A stretch of 64,000 nt of DNA from Podarcis vaucheri (taxonomy: Eukaryota): NCBI GenBank assembly GCA_965113315.1, contig OZ220363.1. One strand, 5' to 3'. Both the position numbers and the translations under genes were made by a program. Under the pieces are notes generated by a model that had not been told where the DNA came from, searched no databases, and saw nothing but the letters and a program-made list of their open reading frames with translations. Below, in pieces: positions 53,585 to 64,000 of this stretch (positions are counted from its first letter, which is position 1; every line of letters begins with the position of its first letter).

Positions 53585-53691
53585 GAACTTCAGAAAGAGT
53601 TTTGTGTGGAAGCAGTGAAGATGATATTGAAGTAACTTTAAGAAAATGGAATCCCATGAATAAGCCCCAAATAGAACTATATAAGCCAGAG
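53585..53691 (+). CDS. PPFIBP2: Liprin-beta-2 linker exon (GTSERVLCGSSEDDIEVTLRKWNPMNKPQIELYKPE), phase 1 to 0
   Basis: cttttAG acceptor, GAG|GTTGGT donor, 107 nt. Aligns by eye with GPSERTL...KWN...ELFKQE of the human protein. Confidence 0.9.
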
Positions 53692-53780
53692 GTTGGTTGG
53701 TTCTTTTTTCCATTATTCTATTTTTTTTTCTTCCCATACCCATACTAAAAAGTACTCAAAATAAAATTCTTTTTACACAG

Positions 53781-53848
53781 GTACCTCCAGGGGAATTGAA
53801 CCTACCTATGTTGCCTCCTCCTCCACAAAAAAAAATGCTGGAAATGAG
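53781..53848 (+). CDS. PPFIBP2: Liprin-beta-2 Pro-rich linker exon (VPPGELNLPMLPPPPQKKMLEM), phase 0 to 2, GC donor
   Basis: ttttacaCAG acceptor. The best phase-2 donor is AG|GCAAGA. 68 nt. Confidence 0.85.
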
Positions 53849-54040
53849 GCAAGAACAATTTTTCTTTGTTAAATCTGTGTTTCTCAGAACACTCTTTTTT
53901 CATATTGTAAAACATTCTTTGAAATACTTGCTTTTGTGTCAAGAGCATGTGGTCAATTGGGGCAAAACAGTTAAATTTAGAATGCATCAAGAAACCTGCT
54001 CTTTAAAATGTGTTCTTCTGTTTACCATTACGATTAACAG

Positions 54041-54109
54041 TGGAAGCTCCCCAGTTCCTTCAAATAACCTGTTTTCTGCAAATGGACAAAGCCTGGAAGT
54101 CCAACATAG
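54041..54109 (+). CDS. PPFIBP2: Probable 69-nt cassette exon (GSSPVPSNNLFSANGQSLEVQH), phase 2-2
   Basis: ttaaCAG acceptor, AG|GTAAGA donor, frame-preserving, stop-free. Confidence 0.75.
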
Positions 54110-54829
54110 GTAAGAAGAATAACGCTGTCAACATTTACCAATCAAGTTATCCTAGACATTTTGAATGGGGATCCTTTCCCCCAAATGAGCAACCACAGCT
54201 CCAGTTCAAAGGGCCCTGAGAAATCCAGTGCAATCGGAGATTCCCTACATTCAGGCCTGGCCATTTTAACTGAATGAGACTTTCCCTCCAGGGATACAAA
54301 ATATAAAGCCAAATCCCATATTGAATAGTTGACCTGACACACAGTTGTTACTGGTTTGACATTTCTGTTTTATTTCTGAATGATAAACAAGAGCTGCGTG
54401 TTCTGGGCATTTGGGTGACAAGAAGATCCACTCATGCCTATGGAAGTAGCCAGATGTCAAAAAGCATCATACATCTGGTCCTCAGGCCCAATTTAGATGT
54501 GATGCAGGCCGCAGGTTGCAGCTTAATGCGTAGATGAGGAGCATTCCACATGCATCCCATCACATTTAAAAGCCCTTAATTATATTTGCTGGCCCATTAG
54601 CATGTAGCAGTAGCTCCACTTTGCTGATCTCCCCCTGGCTGCTGACCACCTTGATGTATAACAAACTGAGTTAGCAAATCACACATGCACATTATGTTTT
54701 AAAACTTAATGGGGAGAGTGTGGAATGTTTGCACAAGTAAGAACTTACCTGTGACCCTCATGTATAAACTAGACCTTAAGCTTGCAGTTTATTTGATAGT
54801 GAAATCAGATTGCCCAGTTACTCCTGCTG

Positions 54830-54832
<3 letters not shown>

Positions 54833-54860
<28 letters not shown>
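54833..54860 (+). repeat. (GT)14 microsatellite just upstream of an acceptor
   Basis: Read directly from the sequence. Confidence 0.95.
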
Positions 54861-54861
<1 letters not shown>

Positions 54862-54889
54862 CATTAATTGTTGCCTTTCTCACTTTAAG

Positions 54890-54950
54890 GGCACCTCAGA
54901 AAAAAATATCAAGTAGTCTTGAAGACTTGCAAAGTGAATCCTTGGAAAAG
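54890..54950 (+). CDS. PPFIBP2: Liprin-beta-2 exon (APQKKISSSLEDLQSESLEK), phase 2 to 0
   Basis: AAG acceptor, AAG|GTTGGC donor, 61 nt, conserved SxSLEDL motif. Confidence 0.93.
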
Positions 54951-55203
54951 GTTGGCTCAGAAATCTTCGCTTTGCCTAATTGTGGATTGCATGTAGAAAA
55001 TGTTTAACAGCTGAGTCATTCCACTCTGTTCTTTTCTGAATTTTGAGATCAAAGGAACGTGGTTGGTCTGTTCAACACCAAACCCAATCAGTATTCTACC
55101 ACAGCAATTACTGCTGGTGTATTCTGACCAATATATCTGTGCAATACAAGTCAGAGTCTGCCCAAATTGAATTCTGCATAACACTCAAATTGTACTCAGT
55201 TTG

Positions 55204-55379
55204 TTTTTTTTTATTATTATTATTTTTATTTAAGAAAGATACACTCTTTACATCGTTATACAAATATATACACCCATAAAAGTTTCCATCATAGGAAGAA
55301 ATAAGAAAAAAAGAAAAAAAAGAAAAAGAGAAAAGAAAAACAAAAGAGAAAGAAAGAAAGAAAGATAACATAAAATAAT
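55204..55379 (-). mobile_element. Short retroposed insert (LINE 3' tail) with 17-bp TSD
   Basis: AAATTGTACTCAGTTTG at 55187-55203 and 55380-55396 flanks a segment with a T-rich left end (A-rich tail on the minus strand). Confidence 0.8.
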
Positions 55380-56285
55380 AAATTGTACTCAGTTTGAAGG
55401 TGGCCTTTACTTGTTGCTGTTGTTAAAAACTGTCACCTTCAAATTGATGCATCAATCTAATAGTATTCAGAAGGAATGTGGCTAACCCAGAACTACTTCC
55501 GGTGTTTCTTCAGCATGTTTAATGTGAGTTTTTCATTTTATGTATGTAGTCTGTTTTGTAATGTTGTATATGGCAAATGAATGAAGGTCTAGCTTCTCTA
55601 GTTATTCCAGAATTCAGAGGTCTATTTTCTCCTTCATCATATTCTGGGTATTTATTGGGTATATAATTTGGATGTGCGAACACTAGAATTTATGGAGATA
55701 CATCACAAATTTCTATCTAAGAGTGCCAAGTCTACCACTTGGCTCAAGAATACAAACCATTATGCACTTGAGCAAAGAATTTCAGCTTCTGCCTAGAAAC
55801 CGCACATCCTTCGAACCCGTAAACAACTCACTTCTGTGCACTTTGTGTTAATTATTGCAAGTATTTAAACAGTTTTTGTATATAAAACAAACAAGTGTTT
55901 TATATGCCGAAATTTGAAAGCACTTCCTTAGACACAGTGGGACATATCCTTCTGAGTCCTACATGAGGTCATGTCCATTAATTTCAATAGGTTTACTCTG
56001 AAGAGGACTAACGTTGGAGGCAACCCTGTACACACTGCCTGTAGAAAATGAAACAAATTCTATTAGCCTCTGTAGAAGCTGTATTTGAGATGTATTTATA
56101 AATTTAGAAGGCATGAGACCCGCAGTAATGCCAGGTCGACATGGCACTCTATACTGAGGAGAAAATAAATCTGCTATTGTCCTCGCTGAGGATCACTAGA
56201 AATTAGACTAAAAATGGCACGCTCCATTTGACACTAACATTTTGTTTGTTACTTTCTCTCCCTCACATTTCCTGCAACTTCATAG

Positions 56286-56327
56286 CATGTAGATGCGAAA
56301 CCAGTAGAACGTGATGTAGCACAAGAG
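56286..56327 (+). CDS. PPFIBP2: 42-nt exon (HVDAKPVERDVAQE), phase 0-0
   Basis: ACTAAC branch-like motif near 56233, pyrimidine tract, TAG acceptor, GAG|GTATAT donor. Size matches the 14-aa segment expected here. Confidence 0.82.
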
Positions 56328-56770
56328 GTATATTAACTCCATTTTAACATTTACTTAACATAATCATCATTTTATGTTGTGGTTCTTCTCTTCTTTGTTT
56401 TCCCCTTGAATGCCTCTCTGTGAGAGTTTATATGCTGATAAGTTTGAGCAAACTAGTTAAACTTCAACTTTTTGATCTTCACTTATAAGCAAGTTTTCCT
56501 TGGGGGCAGCTGGATGAAGACGCATGCCAGTGCGATTGAGCTAAATATGATGATGCCATTCCTTGCTTTCCCACAAAGGCAGAGCCATGAATTCCCCATG
56601 GCTTCAAAGAAAACAAGTGCTCTTCATGTGCTGCAAAGAGTATGAGGGAGAAAGTTCTGTGTGCTGGAGATGATGGAGGCAATTGTGAGCGTAGGGATGT
56701 GCTTAGCTCCAGGCCCAATAAGTGGCGGTATTTATTTCATGCAAGAATATCAAAAGTGATTCAGAAAATA

Positions 56771-56946
56771 GGTAAAGGTAAAGGTACCCCTGCCCAAACG
56801 GGCCAGTCTTGACAGACTCTGGGGTTTGTGCGCCCATCTCACATCTATTGGCCGAGGGCCAGCGCTGTCCGAAGACACTTCCGGGTCACGTGGCCAGCGT
56901 GACAAAGCTGCATCTGGTGAGCCAGAGCCGCACACGGAACGCCGTT
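56771..56946 (-). mobile_element. 5'-truncated Sauria-type SINE
   Basis: (AAAGGT)n tail and body closely matching 4603-4775. Confidence 0.9.
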
Positions 56947-57395
56947 TAAAATAGCAGCACACAAAAATAAAACAGTATAGAAAGGAGAGCATGCATTCTG
57001 TTGGTGACCCACAAAACAGTTAAACAAATTGATGTACTTGCTAATGTCTTCATCTTTCTGGATTTTGAAATTGTCAGATGTTTCCTACTCAATAGCATCA
57101 TTCAGAACAGGGCCACACCTTGACTCCTTTCCTACTTCTGATGTCCCCAATTGTTATCTCAAATGACCACAACAAGAGCGATCTGATGTGAAAAGCTCCT
57201 CATTTCCCTGGGAATCTGTGTGCATAAACTGGGGAACATTCCACCGAAACCTGGTGCCACCATGGAAAACTATGTATTGTCCCAGCACTGATTCTTCTGA
57301 AAAGCTAAAAAGTTCGTCTGCTTCTGATTGAAATGAATATTGTGCACTTTATTGTTGTTGTTGTTGTTTTAAAAAATCTTTTTACAAAAACACAG

Positions 57396-57546
57396 AATAA
57401 GCCATTTGTGAAAAGCAGCAAATACCAAACCTTGCCAGGGAAGCTTCCTCGACCTGCGCACAACGGCGATACTGGGGCATACAGTACTCCTTCTCCAAGT
57501 ACGTGCCGTGTGAATGGCAACGGAGACAACAGTATACAGAGCCTGA
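57396..57546 (+). CDS. PPFIBP2: Liprin-beta-2 exon (NKPFVKSSKYQTLPGKLPRP...NSIQSL), phase 0 to 1
   Basis: CAG acceptor, A|GTACGT donor, 151 nt, conserved KYxTLPGKL. Confidence 0.92.
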
Positions 57547-57622
57547 GTACGTACTTCAGGGAGGAGAACAATTAAAGCATGCCTTCGTGTGATATGCAGC
57601 TTGGGTTTTAGCTACTTAATAG

Positions 57623-58850
57623 CAGTCAGTCAGTCAATTTTATTGTATATCGCTAAAGGCCTTTACAATGGAGGACAGAGAATTTAAGGAAAACTTTCAT
57701 CTAAAATCATACAACATAACCTGAAGCAATTTACAGCATAAAAAGAAATTCACAACATTAAAATTTAAGATTCACATAGCTGGAATGGAGCTTCTTGGCT
57801 CCCAGCGCAAATTTGGCTTCCTGGTGTGTAATATATAGGTGTTTATCTGCTAGGAATTCAACTATCACCTCCTGTGCAGATTGACCTGGAAGCCAATTAA
57901 GAATTGGCGATATAAATTTCCTCTGGGCATTGTATACAGGGGGCAAATCAGCAGGGAGTGTGTAATGTCTTCTGCCTGAATGCATCCGTATATACATTTG
58001 CGATCCTTATAGGGAATTCCCCAATCCCCTCTAAATATGCTGAGGGCATCTGTTGGAATTTTATTTCTACAAAGGCCCTCCATAGTTGTGGGTAGGTCAG
58101 TGTCTCAAGGTGATTGGTCTTAAATTTGGGGGTACCAAGTAGAGTAATAGGTAGCAATGATGGATATTCTGTCTTGGTTGGCATCCTGATCAAAAATCCA
58201 ATTTCTAAGGTCACGTGGGCTAAAGGCTAAGTAGTTCTCCATTTGAAGACTATAAGCCCTAAGCTTATCTTGGCACTTCTGTGCCTAGTCCCCAGTCCTT
58301 AGTTGCTCTGACCAGCAGAGCTTAGTGAGAGTGTGTTCCTCGAAGGCATTTAGCCTGTTCCACTATCTCAGATAGGCTAGATCAATTCTGGCTGATAGCG
58401 AGGGGGTGCCCAACTCAGCTCTGACGTGGGCTGCCGATGTCCCGCCAGAAAGCTCCAAATCTGCCTGTAGGACCTCTATTTCAGATTTAATACCAATTCC
58501 CCATATTTCAGCTCCACAGAGCAGTTGGATGATGATTTTAGAGACAAGGATCTTAAAAGCTGGCTTGATTAACTGCCCACCCTTTGAATGAAAGAACCCA
58601 TATAGCTGCCCAGTAGAATGGCCAGATATTAGCTTAATGGCTTCCAGATGGGGTTTCCATGATGACTTACCATCGATAAGTAACCCTAGATATTTAAATC
58701 TGGGTACTTGCTTTAGGGTGTTACCGTCTAGAGTCCACCTGGACTTAGTAGTCCTCTTGCCAAATAAAGTGACCTTGGTTTTATAGTAATTAATGTTTAG
58801 ATGCTCTTTTTTACACAGCTGTCCAAATTTAACCAGCATCCTTCTAAGCA
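57623..58850 (-). mobile_element. 5'-truncated non-LTR retrotransposon (RTE-X-like), RT C-terminus + Cys/His motif
   Basis: LNINYYKTKV...FKYLG RT thumb motifs; C-terminal CIYGCIQAEDITHSLLICPLY; AATAAA followed by a (TGAC)n tail. Clade assignment is uncertain. Confidence 0.8.
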
Positions 58851-59826
58851 CATAGTATGATGCTTTGCTAAATTAAAGGAGGAAACCTGTTTCCACCTAC
58901 TAGAAGGTGGAAAGTTGGATTTCCAAGTAGCTTAGACCCCAGGACTCTGCTTGGTCATGTTTAATGTGAGCCATTACAACAACTGGGATGTACAGAATAT
59001 GGAATTTTGTTTACCCCTGCAAAGACTACTGTTAGACAATTTGCAGGGGAGGCTGAAATTTCACATGCCGAATGCTCTGTGGGCATGGCTTCATCTAGGC
59101 TAGCAGCTACCATGCTTGGCAAGGCTGTGTAAAGGGAAAACCTGTCCCTAAGCATGTCTGCTTGGGACTAAGCTCCATTAAATACAGTGGAACATCAGAT
59201 AATGGACCTTGCACATCTGTCTGCAACTATTACCTTTTGATATTGGAGTCCCGGAAAGAAGTAGACTACATGCATACGTCTACTGTTTTAATTACAGAGT
59301 GTTAAGCTGCTCCTTTTAAATATCCTAGACAATTTAAAATATTAAGTAATAGTTTCAAACCTAGACTTCACTGGGGAAAGCAAAGTTCTCTGGCTGCTCT
59401 CTATAAATCAAGCTGGTAATTGAGTCTAAAGCGGAGTTTTGATTTGTTTTTTGTAAAAAGAAACATCAAACATCAACTACATATTACTGGGATTTATTTT
59501 GTGTTTAAGTGGGAACAGCCTGCATTTTATTCCTATTTTCTTTTTCACTTAGGAGTGTTCCATATGAAAAGCAATTTTTTTAAACTGCATAATACATTGT
59601 GGATCCTTTTTTAAAAAAAAATCACAGGTCTCACTTTAGAATATTTTCTAGACAGCAGGCCCCAAATGTTCAACTTCATCTGCTTTGTTACTTTTGCTTC
59701 CTGTCAATTTTTTATTTCCTGCTTTTGGCTTTTGGCTTTCTTTGCTTTTCTGTAACTTTCCTTTGCTTGAATTTCCCATCGTCTTTGCTTCTTCATGTGG
59801 CTTTCTGGTTCTTGGAATGATTGAAG

Positions 59827-59859
59827 ATCGCATCAGGAGTGTCAGTGCACCAATCTTAG
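59827..59859 (+). CDS. PPFIBP2: 33-nt microexon (NRIRSVSAPIL), phase 1-1
   Basis: ~165-nt AG-free pyrimidine-rich tract, AAG acceptor, TAG|GTATCG donor, frame-preserving. Resembles RTASAPNL of liprin-beta-1 (from memory). Confidence 0.85.
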   Translation: MASGVSVHQS

Positions 59860-60275
59860 GTATCGTACACCTAGTCCATGCTCAGCTTTTAAGCTAGGAA
59901 TGAATTGCGGGGGGAGTCCCCCGTTACTTCTTGAATTGCACATAGTGGACTGTCTGAAATCTTGATTTTTTTACACTGAAAGGGAAGAGCCCAATTTAGC
60001 TCCTAGTAAATGAAATGTAGACAGACAGTGCTAGACTTCAATCTCTGAACTAGAACAGAGATTCAATATAGTGGTTGATTCTAATTGGAGCTAGACATCT
60101 ATTACTTTGGAAGCAAAATTCATATATTGGAAAGGGGGGGTTAATGTGGCTCCTTATTTAACCATTTTTTAAAATATAAAAACCTTCCTAAATTTATTTT
60201 GGCAATAATGTTTTAACATAGGCACCCACAATAATCTTAGAAATTCAACTGCCATAGTTTTTTCAGAAGGATGCA

Positions 60276-60895
60276 CCGTATTTTTCGCTCTATAACACGC
60301 ACCCGACCATAACACGCACATAGTTTTTAGAGGAGGAAAACAAGAAAAAAATATTCTAAACGAAACAGTGGATGTATGATTTTTGTGGTTCATGCTGTGG
60401 CCACAGACATGTGATCTGACAGTGAGTTTGGAGTAGCCCAGTGCAAAAATCCATGTGGATCCATGCTTTGTAACCATGTTTTTGCACCACTGCGGCCCCA
60501 GACAACAGTGGGTGTGTGATTTTTTGGGTGTAAGATGTAGCCATGGACATTCTATGTGATCTGATGGTGAATTTGGGGTGACCCAGTGCAAAAATCCTGA
60601 GGATTCATGTAGATCCGTGCTTTACACTCGTGTAAGCAGCTCCTCTCATCTCCCGCTTTGCTCCTTTAAAGCAAACAGGCTCTCTGTCCCTCACTCCTCC
60701 CCACTCAGCAGCTCTTCTCCCGCTTTGCTGTTTCAAAGCAAGCCACGGAGGGGGGAAGGAAGGGGAACCATGGATCCTCTGCTCACGACTGCAGCAGACC
60801 CCCCCCCCCATAGGCATTCCCTCCATAACACACACAGACATTTCCCCTTACTTTCTAGGAGGAAAAAAGTGAGTGTTATGGTGCAAAAAATACGG
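60276..60895. mobile_element. Non-autonomous pogo/Tc2-like DNA transposon with internal duplication
   Basis: TIRs CCGTATTTTTCGCTCTATAACACGCAC / GTGAGTGTTATGGTGCAAAAAATACGG; TA on the right; ~145-bp internal repeat unit (60409-60468 versus 60554-60623). Confidence 0.8.
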
Positions 60896-61249
60896 TAATT
60901 TTCAATCCTATATTCATATTACAAATAAGATGAATGTTATTAATCGGTAGTTTTCTGGTAAACCTGACAATTTTATAATGTGATTGCAGAAATCTTTAGC
61001 TAGTTCTTCCAGTCTTTATATGTTTTGATACATTCCGGGGGGAAGTCCTCTAACTAGTAATAAAAAATGCAATTTCTAAGTCTGAGAAGAATCACGGACC
61101 ATTATTTCAGGAATGTTGCCGAGTAAAATTGGAAGTACTTAGCCCTATATGATTTAAGATGTTTTGGGGATTATGAATTTTTGTGAAGTTTTTCCTTTTG
61201 CATTTTATACCATGGCTTCATAAATCTCAATGGCATTTATCAATCACAG

Positions 61250-61388
61250 GGGACTCTGACAATATGGATGGTACAATGAATTCAGATGACCTTTCACCTT
61301 TGTCATCGGGAACAGAATCTGGTGCACAGTCTCCATTATCTCCGGAAAATAAAAGAAGTCCAAGAGGAATAAAGAAAATATGGGGAAA
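61250..61388 (+). CDS. PPFIBP2: Liprin-beta-2 exon (DSDNMDGTMNSDDLSPLSSGTESGAQSPLSPENKRSPRGIKKIWG), phase 1 to 2
   Basis: CAG acceptor, AA|GTGAGT donor, 139 nt. Confidence 0.96.
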
Positions 61389-61550
61389 GTGAGTTTTTTC
61401 AATCTTCTGTATCTTTTTTTTTTTTAATGCCAGTACAGAGAACTAACTAGAAGCATTCCTGCTATCTTGAAAGTTCTTGTGTTTTTATATTAAAGCTGCA
61501 CCTTGCATTTTGATGTCTAGCAACTTCCTATTTTGAATCTTTCCAAAAAG

Positions 61551-61679
61551 AATACGCAGGACCCAGTCTGGAAATTTCCCTGGAGATGATCTGGGCTTGG
61601 TTGAATTTCGAAGAGGTGGCCTCCGTGCAACAGCTGGACCTAGATTGTCTCGGTCAAAGGACACCAAGGGACAGAAGAG
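61551..61679 (+). CDS. PPFIBP2: Liprin-beta-2 exon (IRRTQSGNFPGDDLGLVEFRRGGLRATAGPRLSRSKDTKGQK), phase 2-2
   Basis: AAG acceptor, AG|GTAAAG donor, 129 nt, hallmark EFRRGGLRATAGPRL. Confidence 0.97.
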
Positions 61680-62505
61680 GTAAAGGCTGAGTTCATGCTT
61701 TCTGTTTTGCCCTTGTGGATTATTGCATAATGAAACTCTCTTTGTAAACTGTTTCGAGGTTTTATTAAAACCAAGTAGTGTATAAGTTTTGTGAAGTCCT
61801 ACAAAGAATTTTATAAATTTTGTAGAGTTCTGTTGACTGTTTTCAGCAAAACTGCACCATCGAGCAAATATTACCCCCCCCCCCCTTCATAGAGCAGTGG
61901 GAAAAGTGTACCTCCAATTCCAGGAGAAAGTCCGAGCTATTTGCTTCGAAACCTTTGACTTCTTACTAGTAAATGGTCCATTGTCGGACAAATCCCATCT
62001 ATTGCAGGAGTGCTTGATAGCAGTGTCTCGGGCGGGGCCAGGTTTTTCTGCCTTTCTGTTCCACACTGTATCTTATTACCTTGTCCCTGTGGGATTCAGT
62101 GGGAATCGTTGCGAATGGAGCTTTTGTTTGTTTGCTTTTGTTGCTTCCAAGTTGCTTCCATATGAATGGCTTTCTTCAGCATTTGCAACAAGACTACATT
62201 GTGTGGCACAATGTTGCCTAACTGCTGTTGTGCCTTAAGTATCAATACACTTGCCAACTTTCATGTCAACCATATTTCCTCATTTAGCTTTGACACAGTG
62301 ACAAGAAAAGAGAGGGATTTTCTAATCAGAATGGAGCCAAGTGCACCATCCATTAAGTGATTTATATTCCAGTGTTATTACTGATCAAAGGCAAATGATA
62401 CCTAGTGACATTTAATGATTCGGTATAACAGTAAACAAAAGTCTGTTTCAAGAGGGTGTGAGCCTCTCTCTCAATCTCCCTCCCCCATCAGTAACCGTGG
62501 ATGAC

Positions 62506-62648
62506 GATTATTAATTTGTAGCCTGCCCATCTGACTGGGTTGCCACAGCCACTCTGGGAGGCTTCCAACATATATAAAAACATAATAAAGCATCAACGTT
62601 AAAAGCTTCCCTATAAAGGGCTGCCTTCAGAAGTCTTCTAAAGGTTGT
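62506..62648 (-). mobile_element. L2 LINE 3' end
   Basis: Reverse-complement homolog of ~400-540. Confidence 0.8.
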
Positions 62649-62774
62649 ATGGTCACTTAATTATTGTGAAAGTGAGCCTGACAATTCAAGTGCAAAGTGG
62701 TTTGCCAAGTGTTGCAAGAAGCAGTCATAATGTTACACTAACATGAACCTCCATTCTTTATCTGTGCTTCCTAG

Positions 62775-62925
62775 TGATCATAACGCCCCATTTGCCCAAT
62801 GGGGCACTGAACGAGTCTGTAACTGGCTTGAAGACTTCGGTCTTGGGCAGTATGTCATTTTTGCACGACAATGGGTGACATCTGGCCACACCCTCTTAAC
62901 AGCAACACCGCAGGATATGGAAAAG
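62775..62925 (+). CDS. PPFIBP2: Liprin-beta-2 SAM1 exon (DHNAPFAQWGTERVCNWLEDFGLGQY...TPQDMEK), phase 2 to 0
   Basis: cTAG acceptor, AAG|GTAAGA donor, 151 nt, SAM-domain signature W...V..WL...GL.QY. Confidence 0.98.
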
Positions 62926-63263
62926 GTAAGAAATCTAGAATGACAGTGGTACCATTCTGAGGGAAGTCAGAGCAGCCGAGTTTTTTCCCTTCAAAAATCC
63001 ACCTCTGATTCATCCTCATTCACATACAGAGTATGGAAGATGGGGGGGGGGGGTTGGATCCTACCCTTAAGTGTCAGAGAATTTAAGCTGACATCCTCAC
63101 ATTGAAACCAGTGGTTGTGATACAGAGGTGCACATACTGCAGATTCTAATATCTATCATGTTTCATTGAATAATTGCTCTTTCAATATGTCCCCTTTGAT
63201 GAACCATCAATCAAGAATTTTGACTCCCTTGGGGTATAATTTTTCACAAAATAACTTCTAGAA

Positions 63264-63399
63264 CAGTCTTTCTCAACCTGTGGGTCCCCAGATGTTGTTG
63301 AACTACAACTCCCATCACTGCTAGCTAGCAGCCAGAGCTCATGGATGATGGGAATTATAGTCCAACAACATCTGGGGACCCACATGTTGAGAACCACTG
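63264..63399. mobile_element. Palindromic hAT (Charlie-like) MITE
   Basis: CAGTCTTTCTCAACCTGTGGGTCCCCAGATGTTG / CAACATCTGGGGACCCACATGTTGAGAACCACTG; near-perfect 8-bp TSD (T/C)TCTAGAA. Confidence 0.88.
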
Positions 63400-63523
63400 C
63401 TCTAGAAAGTTTCAGAAGTACAGCAGGTAGTTGCAGGAGCACATTCTCTCTTTGGGGACAAAATGTGTCCAAGTGCCAAGTTGGCAGACCTGTTTTAATT
63501 TTCATTATTACTGTACTTTGCAG

Positions 63524-63635
63524 GAACTAGGAATAAAGCAACCTCTGCACAGGAAGAAATTGGTTTTGGCTGTTAAAGCTATCAATACAAAACAAGATGA
63601 TAAGTCCGCTCAGCTAGATCATATCTGGGTGACTC
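63524..63635 (+). CDS. PPFIBP2: Liprin-beta-2 exon, end of SAM1 (ELGIKQPLHRKKLVLAVKAINTKQDDKSAQLDHIWVT), phase 0 to 1
   Basis: ttgCAG acceptor, C|GTAAGT donor, 112 nt. Confidence 0.98.
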
Positions 63636-64000
63636 GTAAGTATTTTAAGTGGTAAAAATGAAATGAAAGAGCTGCTGGTGAGCTTTTTCACCCACTTTGC
63701 AAAATCTGTTTTGGTTTAGTTTCAGGGTGAAGGGAGGCAGGGATGAAAAACTCATATTTCATCTTCAAAAACTTTCAGTATACTATTATCAGGGTACAGG
63801 GACTCAGAATTGGAGTTTTGTTTTTCATTTTATCAGTAAACTCCAGGAATAGTCACATTAGGGTTATATGGCTTTGTAACACCTGTTAACAGTATTAATG
63901 TCAGTCTTCATATTTAAGTAGCTGTTGTAATTGCAAAACTCGAAAAGATGAGCATATATGGTGAGAAATAGAACTCAGAGGTTATAGAAGTGGCAGGAAA

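Noticed and set aside
58363-58851. 162-aa ORF as a nested gene
   Set aside because: It is an RT C-terminal fragment of a truncated, frameshifted LINE.
60400-60630. Spaced direct repeats as a CRISPR-like array
   Set aside because: Only two degenerate units inside a TIR transposon in a vertebrate intron.
1-64000. Most ORF-track entries (60-160 aa)
   Set aside because: They have no recognisable domains, many have non-ATG starts, and many overlap SINEs, MITEs or microsatellites. This is the expected background in intronic DNA.

Overview
Eukaryotic, intron-rich vertebrate DNA. The repeat content (Sauria-type SINEs, BovB, L2, CR1, small TIR elements) points to a squamate reptile, probably a lacertid-type lizard (inference). 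The whole window lies inside one + strand gene, PPFIBP2 (liprin-beta-2). I traced 21 phase-consistent coding exons by hand, from the N-terminal region (3835) through the coiled coil and linker into SAM domain 1 (63635); the start codon exon and the 3' end lie outside the window. Nearly all ORF-track entries are spurious or transposon debris. The most interesting signals concern isoform architecture: a candidate alternative first coding exon (18359), two 33-nt microexons (one encoding an RSxSxP 14-3-3-type motif behind a ~165-nt AG-free pyrimidine tract), 183-nt and 69-nt in-frame cassette exons, a GC-AG intron that is in-frame and stop-free, and candidate poison microexons. I found no evidence for a novel multi-gene system. 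Comparisons with human or other orthologues are from memory, not from a search.
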